Assembly: GCF_036321535.1 (NCBI RefSeq)
Contig: NC_087437.1
Coordinates: forward strand, 24,306,001 to 24,370,000
DNA length: 64,000 bases
From: Camelus dromedarius
Taxonomy: Eukaryota
Direction of reading: 5' to 3'
Notes under the pieces: generated by a model
What the model was told of the DNA's origin: nothing
What the model saw: only the letters and a program-made list of their open reading frames with translations
Databases searched by the model: none
Shown: piece by piece, positions 1-12,570 of the stretch
Layout of the letters: the number at the start of each line of letters is the position of its first letter
How positions within the stretch are numbered: the first letter of the stretch is position 1
Program-made: the position numbers and the translations under genes

Positions 1-232
1 CTGCATTGTTTATCCAGAACACTTCCTCTCCCTTAACTCATGTGCTGCTTTCATTACTCCTGGTTCCCCCAGCCCCTTACCACTAAGCTTCAGCTCCTCA
101 CACCTGTTCCCTACACTCTTTATCCCGTGACAGTCGGTTTGAAACATGCTTCATGTTGTAACCCTCAAAACACATAGATTTAAAACTCAAATTCTCCTAC
201 TATATATATATATAGTGTAGCACATGCAAATC

Positions 233-364
233 TTTTTTGTATACATGTATTATTAAAGTATAGTCAGTTTACAATGTGTCAATTTCCAGTGTACATCATA
301 ATGCTTCAGTCATACATGAGCATACATAGATTCATTTTCATATTCTTTTTCACTGCAAATTACT
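233..364 (-). mobile_element. Short 3' tail of a lineage-specific (camelid-type) L1
   Basis: T-rich start followed by aaagtatagtcagtttacaatgtgtcaatttccagtgtac...attcattttcatatt. This is the reverse complement of the L1 3' UTR end seen on + at ~11990-12080. Confidence 0.75.
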
Positions 365-3300
365 TCATTCAAGTCTTTCATCCATACTGCATTCATATTT
401 TATATAGTATAAGATAGTGGTCCAGTTTTCTCAACAGTGTTTATTGAATAGATTATTCTTTACTCATGTATGTTCTTGGCTCCTTTGTCATAAATTAATT
501 GATCATATGTATGGGGTAACTTCTGGGTTATCTATTCTGTTACAATGATCTGTGTGTCTAAGTTATGCCAATATGATACTATTTTGATTACTATAGCTTT
601 ATAATATAATTTGAAATTAGGAATTGTGATGCCTCTAACTTTGTTCTTCTTTCTCATGATTGCTTTTGTGATTCCATACAAACTTTAGGATTATTTTGTC
701 TACTTTAGTGAAAAAAATTAGAATTTTGATAAGAATTGCATTGAATCTGTAGATTGCTTTGGGTAGTATGACTATTTTAACAATAGTAATTCTCCCAGTC
801 CATTAGCACAGAACATTTTTCTGTTCATTTGTGTCTTCTTGAGTTTCTTTCATCAATGTCTTATAGTTCTCAGTGTGCAGGCCTTTCACTTCCTTGGTTA
901 AATTTATTCCTAGATATTTTATTCTTTTTGATGCAATTGTAAGTTGAATTATTTTCTTATCATTCATTTTAGTGTATAGAAATGCAATTAATTTATATAT
1001 ATATATATTTTATATCCTGAAATTTACTGAAGTTGCCTGCTAATGGTTTTTTCGCAGATTCTTCAGGATTTTCTATGTACAATGCCATGTTATCTGCAAA
1101 TAGAGACAATTTTACTTCTTCCTTTCCCAGTTGGCTGCCTTTTATTTCTTGCCTAATTGCTCTTAGCTAGGACTTCCAGCGCTATGTTGAATAAAAGTGA
1201 CAAGAGTGGGTATCCTTGTCTTATTCCTGATTTTAGAGCAAAGGCTTTCAGTTTTTCACTGTTGAGTATTACACTGACTGTGGGTTTGTCCTATGTGACG
1301 TTTATTATGTTGAGGCATGTTTCCTCTACACCCACTTCATTGAGAGTTTTTATCATGATTAGATGTTGAATTTTGTCAAATGCTTTTGGACATCTATCAA
1401 GATGATCATTTGATTTTTACCCTTCATTTTATTAATGTGGTATCACACTGATTTGCAGATGAACACCTTGCATCTCTGGAATAAATCCTACTTGATCATG
1501 GAATATAATCCTTTGCCTGCATAGTTGAATTTTGTTTTTGCTAATATTTTGAGGAGTTTTGCATCCATGTTCCTCAGAGATACTGGCCTGTAATTTATTT
1601 TTTGTAATGGCCTTCTCTAGTTTTAGTATCAGGGTAAAAACTAGCCTCATAAGGTTTGTTTAGAAATGTTCCCTCCTCTTCTATTTTTTGGAAGAGTTTG
1701 AAGAAGACTGGTAATAATTTTTTTTTAATTTTTTGGTAGAATTCACCAGTGAAGCCATCTGGTCCTAGACTTTTGGAGGGTTTTGGATTACTGTTTCCAT
1801 CTTGTTACTAGTATTTAGCCTGTTCAGATTTTCTATTTCTCCATAAATTAGTCTTTATAAGTTGTCTTTGTAGGAATTTATCCATTTCTTCTAGGTTGTC
1901 TTATTTGTTCGCATATATTGTATACATTAGTCTCTTATCCTTTTCATTTCTGCAGTGTTGTCTCCTTTTATTATAAAGTGTCCTCATTTCTAATTTTATC
2001 AGAGTCTTCTTTTTTCTTGGTGATTCTTGCTAAGGGTTTGTCTATTTTATAATTTCTAAAGCCCAGGTCTTAGTTTTATTGATCTTTTCTATTTTCTCTT
2101 TATGCTCTATTTATTTCATTTCCTCTCTGAGCTTTATTTTCTTCATTCTACTATCTTTGGGCTTAATTTGTTTTTCTTTTTCTAGTTCCTTGACATGTAA
2201 ATTTGTTTGAGATCTTTCTTATTTCCTAATGTAGGAATTTCCCCTGTAGAATTGCTTTTGCTACATCTTATTTAAGTTTTGGTATGTTGTATTTCCATTT
2301 TCATTTGCCTCAAGATATTTTGATTTCTTTTTTGACACCTTGGTTTTGTGGTAGTATGTCTTTAATTTCCACATATTTGTGACTTTTCCAGATTTTTTTC
2401 CTTATTGTAATTTGATCTGGTTTCATAACATTGTGATCTGAAAAAATGCCTAATAGGACTTCAGTCTTTTTAAATTTACTATGACTTGTTTTGTGGCCTA
2501 ACATATGGTGTATCCTGGAGGATGCTCTACGTGCACTTGAAAGGATGCTTATTCTGCTATTTTTGGGTTGATGTTCTGTAAATTTCTAAGTCCAATTTTT
2601 TTTTATTGATATTCTATCTTGATGATCTATTCATTAGTTGAAAATGAAGTCCTGCACTATTTTTGTATTGTTGTGTATTCCTCTCTTCATGTCTGTTAAT
2701 AATTGCTTTATATATTTAGTGCTTCTATGTTGGGTGGATAAATATTTACAAGTGTTATACCCTCTTGTTAGATTGATGCTTTTATAACTGTATAATAACC
2801 TCCTTTGTCTCTTATTACAGCCTCTGGCTTAAAGCCTATTTTGTCTGCCATAAGTAGAGCTACCTCTGCTTTCAATTTCCTTTTGCATGGAATTTTTTTT
2901 CCAAGTCCACTTTTAACCTCTTAAAATGTAAGTGAGTCTCTTGTAGCAGCTAATAATTGGGTTGTGTATCTATCAAAGATTTTGCTTTGCTGTTACCATA
3001 AAGCTTATAGGAAACATCTTGTTCTCATAGTAGCCTATTTAAGCTGATAACTTACATTTGAACTCATGTTAAAGCTGTAACTTTTTCTGACTCTTCCTTC
3101 TCACACTTTGTTTTAGTTGACACAGTTTTCATCCCTTGGTCCTGTGTATTCATTAACAAATTAATTTTGTCTTTTAACTTTCATAGTAGATTAATAGGTG
3201 ATTTGCCCACCACCATTACAAGAGTATTATGATTTAATTATGTATTTATCTTACCATGAAGATTTGTACAGTGATATGTTTTTCTGTTACTGATTTTTGT

Positions 3301-4721
3301 TTCAACTTGAAAAATTCCCTTTATTATTTCTTCTTCTAAGGTCAGTCTAGTGGTGATAAACTCATTTGGCTCTTCTTCAAATCTAAAGGACTTTTCTGGG
3401 TAGACTATTTGCTAGCAATTTTCAGCATTTTGAATATATTGGCCACTTCCTTCTGGTCTGCAAAGTTTCTGATGAAAATTCTGCTGATAGTTTTATAGGG
3501 GTTCCCTTGTACATTAAAGTTGTTTTCCTCTTGCTGCTTTTAAGAGTCTTCCCTTGTCTTGAAATTTTGGCAATTTAATTATAGTCTTCCTGGATCTGGA
3601 TGTCAGTTTTCTTCCCCACGTTAGGAAAGTTTTCAACTATTATTCTTCAAATAAAGTTTCTGCCTCTTTTTCTCTGTCTTCTTCTGGGACCCCTATAATG
3701 CAAATATGGGTCCACTCAATGATGTCCCATAAGTCCCTTAACCTATCTTCACTCTATTTTGGCAGGGGGAGAGGGGTGCTTTGAATGAATTCCACTGCCC
3801 TGTCTTTAATTTCACTGATCCTTTCTTCCATTTCATCTAGTCTGCTGTCAAACCTTTCTACTGAATATTCTTTAGCTCTGTGATTTCTGTTTAGTACTTT
3901 CTTATGTTTTCTATCTCTTTGTTGAAATTTTCACTTTGTGCATGCATTGTTCTATTGACCTCACTAAGCATCTTTATGCCATTATTTGAACTCTTTTTTT
4001 ATTAGTGTCTGTTTCTGGGGTTTTATTTTCTTTTTCTGGAACATATTCCCCTGTTTGTTTTACTTTGCCTATGTTGGTTTCTGTGCATTAGATAGAATAT
4101 CCACCTCTCCTCGTATTGAAGGTGTAGTCTCATGTAGGAAATGAAGCTTATTATTTAGCTCAGTCCTAACTGTTTCTCAAACCTATGTGTTTAAGCAGAC
4201 TTCTTTGTACTTAGGTCTCCCACTGGTAAGTGTGCCAAGACCTGTCAGTGTCCCAAAGGGGAGGTTCTTAGCACCCAGATGCAGACTGATTGGAAGTAGA
4301 ACCCTTAGGCAGCAGCTTTTAACATATGCAAATAGACCTCTTTCAGGAAAAGCCTGGGAGATGAGTGCCTCATCTTCCTCTGTGCTAAGTCCTGGGAGGA
4401 CAGCCAGCCAGCTGTCCCTTTGTCTGCCACAGTCCCACTGAACCCAAACATAAGGCCATTAGAGCCTGGGTATAAAGGGATGTGTCCTCTGGGCTACAAC
4501 AAAAAATGGGGTGCCAGATATGTACCCAAGCTCCCTTCATGGAGACATTGTCAACCATTCTAATATGGACTTTTTCTCATTCACTTGATTTGTAGGAGCC
4601 ATTGAGCTATATTATGGATTTCTTTTAGAGGGAATTGTTCCATATATAGCTGTAGATTCAGTGCCCCTGTGGGAGTAGGTAAGTTCAGAAGTCTCTCACT
4701 TTGCCATATTGACAGGAACTC
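365..4721 (-). mobile_element. Old L1 retaining 5' end, ORF1 and ORF2 EN/RT regions; degraded and lacking its 3' end
   Basis: Minus-strand L1 ORF2 remnants in the ORF track: 2310-2504 (MLGHKTSHSKFKKTEVLLGIFSDHN = EN domain end) and 1432-1650 (IIFHDQVGFIPEMQG = RT region). An L1 5'-terminus-like sequence at ~4600-4721 (gaattgttccatatatagctgtagattcagtg...gccatattgacaggaactcc). Confidence 0.88.
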
Positions 4722-5629
4722 CTGTTCAGGGCGCCTTGAGCAGTACAATACATTAAGTCTCTCTTTCTTCACACTTACTGAAACTTTCCATCTACTCCAT
4801 CTTGTCACTGTAGGTAAACCACCTATGCTCCTCGCCAAAGGTAACACTACCCCTTATTCACAAGAGCCCCGTCCTCTCTATCCTACTCAAAAACAACAGT
4901 AGGAAGAGTGCCTTTGAGCAGGAGCAGTACTTTTGAGCTGAATTTTTCTTAAAAGATGAATAGAACAAAGGAGAAGCAATGTATTAAGCTCTCTCAAGAA
5001 AAGTTCCCTTTAGATGGTAGAAGAAATGAAGTTTCTTTCCTGGGAAACAGAAATTGATTATGGTGAGAATTCAAACTGTAGAAATGTTTAACTGATGCCT
5101 GATATATTGTGTCATTCAAAACTGTCTATCTAGGGCAGTGCCTGCCATTATAATTCCTGCTTTCATAGACCTGATAGTCCAATAGGATGAATAAATCATA
5201 AACAATTCATTTTAAATAGGAGACACAAAAGAGCATGTTATGATAGAGAGTAATGGGGCAGACCTACATCAAGAGGATATTCAGAACACCCTCTGCCATT
5301 TTAGTAAGACTTTTGCCCTACCCACCAAGAATAAATTAACAGAGCAACTTGCTCATCCTGAGCAGAGTTTATTAAGTTAATTTGTATGTAATGCTTAAGT
5401 AATGAACAGTCTCTTCACAGTCCCAGCAGTACTCATCAACCCTGCAACTTCTCTCTGAAAACTGCCACACAGACCATTTTGACAAGATTTTAGATCAAGG
5501 ATTTGCATTAAAGAGTATGAGTATTTAAAATCATGTAATTCTCAGGGCAGTTTTTTTAGAAAACAACTATTTTCTGTTTTAAAAGATTTTGCATTTGTAC
5601 TGTAAAATGGTATAATTTTTCAAAAATTG

Positions 5630-6160
5630 GCTGGCTACTATAAAGTTAGATTACTTCAACTCTATGTCCAGCAATTCTACTCCTAGGTATTTAGCTAAGC
5701 AAAATGAAAACATATGTCCATAAAAAGATTCATACAGTAATAGTAATAGCAGCTGTGTTTACAGTAGCCTAAAACTGGCAACAACCCAAATGTCCATCAT
5801 CAGAAGAATGATAAACTAATTATGGAACATACAGACAAGGGAATACTACTTCACAATAACTACTGATATTTACATACAATGTAACCATCTAAATTGCACA
5901 CATTACGATGAGAAAAAGCAAAAAAAGAAGCCTCTTATATGAAACTAGGCAGGCAAACCTAATCCATGGCAGTAGATTTTGTTGCAGATGGGTGGGGAAC
6001 CAATCAAAAAGGGACATAAGAAAATGTTCTGGGATAGTGAAAAAATTCTATATCTTGTTTTGGATAATAGTCCACAAGTTTACATAATTGTCAAAACTTA
6101 TTGAACACCAAAAAGTACATTTAACTCAGTATAAATTATAAACTATAAAAAAAACACAAA
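5630..6160 (+). mobile_element. Ancient L1M-type 3' fragment
   Basis: ccagcaattctactcctaggtattt...aaaactggcaacaacccaaatgtccatca, typical of the L1 ORF2 end and 3' UTR. Confidence 0.75.
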
Positions 6161-6394
6161 TGTATTAGCTATTTTAGAAAATAGTAAAAATAAATTATTC
6201 ATAATGCCACCTCTTGAGGATTATTGCCAACTTGTTTGAAAATATGTTGATGATTCTTCCATATCTCTTAAACCTCTAAACATAGGAGTGTCCAGGGCCC
6301 CTTATTACCTGGACACCGTTTCTTGTAAATTTGTACTTATTCTCTTTGTGATTTCACTTAGTCTCGTGGCTCTGAATATTACCTGCATCAACAA

Positions 6395-7340
6395 GGCTCG
6401 CCAGCACTCTCCTGCCTACTTGACATCCACAGGGATGTCTAATAGACATCGCAGACTTAATACATCTAATACCGTAATCCTGAATTTGCTGCCAAATCTA
6501 CTCATCTCAGTTTTTCCCATTTGAGTGAAAAAAGAAACCCATTCCTCCAGTGGGCAGGCCTGAGCTTCCACATCATGCATTAATTACTCCTTGCTTTCTC
6601 TTATATCCAATTTTCAGGAATTCAACTGCTACCCCTCTATGTTTAGGGACCAACATTTCCAGTCGGGATGGTTACAAGTGCTTAACTAGTCTCTCTGCTT
6701 TCACCCCTTCTCCTCTACAGTCTGTTCTCCACACAGCAGGCAAAATGAGCCTACGAAAACATCGATCAATCAAGTCACTCATCTGCTGAAACTTCTGCCA
6801 TGGCTTCTACCTTTGAAGATCTGTCCAGCTTCCACTTACCTCTTGTTCTCATTTCCTTCTCCTGTCGTCCTCAGTCTTCTCCTTCAGCTGTGCCGTCTTA
6901 AATGCACCAGGTATGAATGTACTCTAGGCCCTTTGCATCTGCTTTCCCCTCTGTCTAGAAACCATTCTGAGATGTTTGCATTAATCCCTCTTCATCTCTT
7001 TCCGGTCTTAACTTAAATATCATTTTCTCTGTGAGATCTTCCCTGGCCACTCTAGCTAAAATTTCAATCTCTCATCACCCAACATCCCCAATGCACAGAC
7101 TGACCACGTTGTTTCTTTTCCAAACTGGCACAGTTTGAAAGTGAAAGGGGACACTATCAATAATCATACCAGCACAAGCATCATAAACCAAGACTGTTCC
7201 CTCCCTGCTTTTCTCCTATCTCCTTAGCATTAACAATCTGGTAATCGTATGTTTTGCTCCTCTGGAATGTAGGCTCATACAGGGCACTGATTTTGTGCTT
7301 TGGCACATAATAAATGCTCAACAAATATTTTTTAAATAAA
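6395..7340 (+). mobile_element. L2 3' region, interrupted by a MER81-like element
   Basis: gcctacttgacatccacagggatgtctaatagacatc..., cacacagcaggcaaaatg..., and the L2 terminus tggcacataataaatgctcaacaaatatt. Confidence 0.75.
7097..7200. mobile_element. MER81-like hAT-Blackjack DNA transposon fragment
   Basis: tgaccac...tccaaactggcacagtttgaaagtgaaaggggacactatcaataatcataccagcacaa...taaaccaagactgttcc resembles the recalled MER81 consensus. Confidence 0.6.
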
Positions 7341-8539
7341 TCCATTTTTAAATCAATGTAAATGATTTAGCAGTAATCTTTTGATTCATGTTATCACATC
7401 TGCCGCTTTCTCCCATTAGAGTAAATGTCATTCATACTCTAAAAATATCTCTTTGTTAAAATATCTCTTTGTTAAAAGTCTTAAGTGGGAAAATCCCTTT
7501 ATGGAGTTGAACTCAAAAGTCAGTTAGGGGAACACACAACAATTAGAGCAAAAGTGCATTACTCTTTGTAAACAAATCTCAGCATGGATTTCTTCAGTTC
7601 AAAATTGCTAAAAAACCAAAACCACAAATCTTTACATGTTTGTGCAAGGGGGTAGCTGTACTTGATCTTCTCAGACATCAAATAAGGATGGGCCATTGAA
7701 AAATTTGCCTACCCAAGGGAGAGATGACAGTTTGATGACATTATCTTTCATGTCAGGTGGCTTAAGCAGGAGCATTTGCAATTAGTTTGTTGAAAATACT
7801 GCATGAAAGAAGTACGCTTAGCATAACAAGGGCAGATGTATTATAAAATGTGAAGAGAAAATGCAAAGGAGGGAATAAAGTCATGGTAGCGGAGGGAAAT
7901 ATGTTTGCTCATAAAGGATTTAAGGGCAAAGGAAAGCTTTTGAAAAACTCATAAACATAGCCACCATTGGGGGAGAGAGAGCAAAAGTGAGAAAAAGAAC
8001 TCCATGAAAAAAAAAAAAAAACCACTTTACATGTTTGAAGGACCTAAAGCTTCTTTATGACTTCAGAGCTTATTATTACCATTTGTGAGGAATATATGAA
8101 GTATTAAGGAAATAGTTATTGAGTATCTCTTAAATGTAAGTCATATAATTGTGTACTAGGAGGTCAGAGACATTGTGAGATGGTGATGGATGGAGGAAAG
8201 TGTCCCAAATTCCCTCCTGGCCCTGCCTTACTTGCTCCTGAGTCCCCAGCCACTGTCTCCCCAAACTCATCCAACTTGTTTCCAACACAGCACCTGCCCA
8301 CGAAGGAACACACTCTACCTACAAATAGGCTATGAAATGCCTAAGGTTTCTACTTGAGCTTTACTGTAGGTAAAGGAAAAAAGAAAACTGAAATCATAAG
8401 GTTAAAAAAGCAAAAAACAGAACAAAAGGTTAATTTGTAAAATAGAAAGCACAGTGTTGGCACATAAAACAACAAACAGTAACTACTGTTAAAATGGGTG
8501 GTGTGAAAAGACACCTCCCAAATGTCTACTCCACATGCC

Positions 8540-9085
8540 TGCATTAGTGAAATGTGCCACTATCCACCCTGATGCTCAAGACAGAAGTGGGGGAATCCTA
8601 ATTTCATTCTCTCCCTCACTTTCTATTACTTGCATTACTTCCCCATACACACTGCTCATCAGTTAGGCACTGATTAAGTCTTTCTGAACCCATCCTTTCA
8701 TCTCCATTCTCACTGTTACTCTGTCAGCTATTTTTTTTTTAAATGGAAGTACTAGGGATTGAACCCAGGACATTGTGTGTGCTAAGCGTGTACTCTACAA
8801 TTGAGCTCTTACCCCTATCCCCTCCACTGTGATTTCTGTGTGTGCCTGTGTGTATGTGAACGTTGAGAGCTCCCATCACATCTCATCTAGCCTAAAGCAA
8901 CAGCCCTCCTCCAGTCTCTTTCTCAGCCCACTCACTCCACTTGCCAGTGTGTGGCCAGAGTGAACTTTCTAAAGAACAAACCTGATCTTGTTGCTTTCAC
9001 ACGGAAATTCTTCAGGAGTCCCTTTGCAGCCTTAAGGTTCAAGTCAAAGCTTTTTTAACCTTTCCTTCAGGCCCTGCGCAGTCTT
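8540..9085 (+). mobile_element. L2 fragment, interrupted by a SINE
   Basis: gccagagtgaactttctaaagaacaaacctgatcttgttgctt and upstream L2-type pyrimidine-rich blocks. Confidence 0.55.
8731..8815 (-). mobile_element. Short tRNA-derived SINE (camelid Vic-1-like)
   Basis: Reverse complement reads ggggtaagagctcaattgtagagtacacgcttagcacacacaatgtcctgggttcaatccctagtacttccattt(a)10, with Pol III A box (agctcaattgt), B box (ggttcaatccc) and an A tail. Confidence 0.8.
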
Positions 9086-9389
9086 TGTCCTTGCTAGCTC
9101 TCCAGCGTTTCCCAGTTTGCTACACATTCATAAATATTTATGTCCGGGGAGCTTTTATAGGAGCCTGCACAGAGTATGGGAAGAGCACACACAAGGTGGT
9201 CAGGAGGCTTCACAGAGGAAGTTCCCAAGGGTTGGGGGGATAAGATGCTTCCAAAACAGGCAACGGGGAGAAGAGCATTCCTAGGGAAGGAAGGGAGCAG
9301 GGTGAGCAGGGACAGATGTAGTAGTTGCAAGGTCTGGTGAGACCAGGACATGGCTCAGTAGAGTGATGCTTACAACACAATGTGTTGGT

Positions 9390-9835
9390 CATGGAAGGAA
9401 ACTTAAATGCATATTACTAAATGAAAGAAGCCAATCTGAAAAGGCTACATACTGTATGACTCCAACATTTAGGACATTATAGAAAAGGCAAAACTATAGA
9501 GACAGTAAAAAGATCAGTGGTCTTTAGTGAGATGAGGGGAAAGAATGAACAGTGAAAATTCTGTGATATTAAAATGATACATGTCATTATATATTTGTCC
9601 AAGTCCAAAGGATGTACAGCACCAAGAGTAAGCCCTAAGGTAAACTATAGGCTTTGGATAATTATGTGTCAATGTAGGTTCACCAATTATAATTAATGTT
9701 CCACTCTGGTGGGTGTTATTGATCATGGGGGAGGCCAAGCATGTGTGAGGGCAGAAGGTGTATGGGAAATCTCTATACTGAACTTTCAATTTTTTTGTGT
9801 GAACCTAAAACTGCATTAACAATGTCTTTAAAAAT
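9390..9835 (+). mobile_element. L1MC-like 3' end
   Basis: aacttaaatgcatattactaaatgaaagaagccaatctgaaaaggctacatactgtatgactcc...ctaaggtaaactataggctttgg...gtgaacctaaaactgc. Confidence 0.8.
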
Positions 9836-9892
9836 AAGAATACTCTGAGAAATTATCACAGTTGCCAAAGGGATGTTTCAAAAACATAAGTA

Positions 9893-12103
9893 CTACAGCC
9901 AGCATAGTACTCAATGGTGAAAAACTGAAAACCTTCCCACTAAAATCTGGGACAAGGTTGTCCACTCTCACCACTTCTATTCAACATAGTCTTGGAAGTC
10001 CTAGCCACAGCAATCAGGCAATAAAAAGAAATAAAAGGGATCCAAATTGGAAGAGAGGTAAAACTGTCACTATATGCAGACATGATACTATATATATAGA
10101 AAATCCTAAAAACTCCACACAAAAACTACTAGAGCTGATAAAAGAATGTGGCAAGATAGCAGGATAAAAGATTAATGTACAAAAATCAGTTGCATTTCTT
10201 TACTTTTCCTGTTGATTCATTGTTAGTGTAAAGAAACAATCCCTTTTAAAATTGCACCCAAAGCAATAAAATACCTAGGAATAAATCTGACCAAGAAGGT
10301 GAAAGATTTATACACAGAGAACTACAAAACACTGATTAAGAAAATTTAAGATGACTTAAAGAAATAGAAAGATATCCCATACTCTTGGATTAGAAAAATC
10401 AATATTGTTAAAATGGCCATACTGCCCAAGGCAACCTACGGATTTAATGCGATCCCTATCAAATTACCCAGGACATTTTTCACAGAACTAGAACAAATCA
10501 TAGTAAAATTTATATGGAATCACAAAAGACCCAGAATTGCCCAAGCATTACTGAAGAAAAATAATGAAGCTGGAGAAATAACCCTCCCAGATTTCAGACA
10601 ATACTATGATGCTACTGTAATCAAAATAGCATGGTATTGATACAAAAACAGACATATGAGTCAATGGAACAGAATAGAGAGCCCAGAAATGACCCACAAA
10701 CTTTTGGTCAATTAATCTTTGACAAAGGAGGCAAGAATATACAATGGAATAAAGAGAGTCTCTGCAGTAAACAGTGTTGGGAAAACTGGACAGCAGCACA
10801 TAAATCAATGAAGCTAGAACACTCCCTTACACCATACACAAAAATAAACTCAAAATGGATTAAATACTTAAACATAAGACAAGATACAGTAAACCTCTCA
10901 GAAGAAAATGTAAGTAAAACATTATCTGACATACATCTCAGCAATGTTCTCCTATGGCAGTCTACCCAAGCAATAGAAATAAAAGCAAAAATAAACAAAT
11001 GGGACCTAATTACACTTACAAGCTTTTGTGCAGCAAAAGAAACCATAAGCAAAACAAAATGACAACCTACGGAATGGGAGAAAATATTTGCAAAAGATGA
11101 GACTGACAAGGACTTGATTTCCAGAATATATAAACAGCTCATACAACTTAATAACAAAACAAAAAAACCCAAACAACCCAATCCAAAAATGGGCAGAAGA
11201 CCTAAACAAGCAATTCTCCAATGAACACATACAAAGGGCCAATAGGCACATGAAAAAATCCTCAGTATTACTAATTATCAGAGAAATGCAAAACAAAACC
11301 AGAATGAGGTATCACCTCACATCAGTGAGAAAGGCTATCATTCATAAGTCCACAAACAATAAATGCTGGAGAGGATGTGGAGAAAAGGAAACCCTCCTAC
11401 ACTGCTGGTGGGAATGCAGTTTGGTGCAGCCATGTGGAAAACAGTATGGAGATTCCTCAAAAGACTTAAAACAGACTTATCATATGATCCAGCAATCCCA
11501 CTCCTGGGCATATATCCAGAGGGAACCTTAATTCAAAAAGATACCTGCACCCCAATGTTCATAGCAGCATTATTTACAAGAGCCAAGATATGGAAACAAA
11601 CTAAATGTCCATCGACAGATGACTCGATAAAGAAGCTGTGGTATATTTATACAGTAGAATACTACTCGGCCATAAAAAATAAAAGAAAGCCATTTGCAGC
11701 AACATGGATGTCCCTGGAGAATGTCATTCTAAGTGAAGTAAGCCAGAAAGAGAAAGAAAAATACCATATGATATCACTCATATGTGGAATCTAAACAAAA
11801 AGACAAGTGAACTTACAGACTCATAAACATAGAAAACAAACATGGTTACCAAGGGGGAAGAGGGTGGAAAGGATAAATTGGGAGTATGAGATTTGCAGAT
11901 ACTGACTGGTATATATAAAATAGATAACAAGTTTATACTGTGTAGCACAGTGAACTATATTCAGTATCTTGTAGTATCTTAATGGCAAAAAATATGAAAA
12001 TGAATATGTGTATATTCATGTATGACTGAAGCATTGTGCTGTACACCAGAAATTGACACAACATTGTCAACTGACTATGTACCTCAATAAATCAATCAAA
12101 TCA
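9893..12103 (+). mobile_element. Lineage-specific L1, 5'-truncated (ORF2 RT to C-terminus, 3' UTR, decayed tail); copy A
   Basis: ORF2 pieces [59 protein letters not shown]...[12 protein letters not shown]...MISLICGI with frameshifts. 3' UTR ends in aataaatcaatcaaatcaatc. Confidence 0.95.
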
Positions 12104-12570
12104 ATCAGATCATGTTGCTCCCTTACTTAAAAGCTTCCATGGCTTCTTGGACATTGGAAGAAAATTGAGAATTCTTACCCTGCTTTCAAATGTCCTAAGA
12201 GATCTGGCCCCAGACTTCCGCTCCAACATGCTCATTGTGACACATCTGTCACAGAGACCTCTCTCCTGTTTCTCAAGCACGCCAGCATCAGTCCTTCTGT
12301 AGTGACTCTGCACTTACTCCTTCCCTTCCCATTATTCCTTCCCATTATCATGATTTTTGCATCCAGGCTCCTGTTTGTCATTTAGAATCAGCTCAGCTGG
12401 CATCCTCTCATAATTATCTTAATTCTTTGTGTACTTGTTTATTATCTGTCTCTCACACAATATAAATTCCTTGAGAAGGGAGACCTTTTCTGCGACCTTA
12501 ATACTGGCACCCAGAGGGCTTTCTGGCACATGGCACCTCCTCAACAAATAGGTGTTGAGTAAATGAAAGA
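12104..12570 (+). mobile_element. L2 3' part; continues the L2 stub at 9858-9889 split by L1 copy A
   Basis: atcagatcatgttgctcccttacttaaaagcttcc..., ending tggcacatggcacctcctcaacaaataggtgttgagtaaatgaa. Confidence 0.75.

Noticed and set aside
7442..7477. 16-bp tandem duplication (aaaatatctctttgtt)x2; similar short repeats at ~13776-13830 and ~14349-14400
   Set aside because: Two-copy slippage products with no spacer or array organisation; not CRISPR-like or otherwise structured.
8731..8815. tRNA gene
   Set aside because: tRNA-like A/B boxes but degenerate stems and an A tail indicate a SINE.
10413..11794. Multiple 75-157 aa ORFs on both strands (likewise 20837-21956 and 28455-29482)
   Set aside because: Frameshifted L1 ORF2 pieces and their antisense shadows, not host genes.
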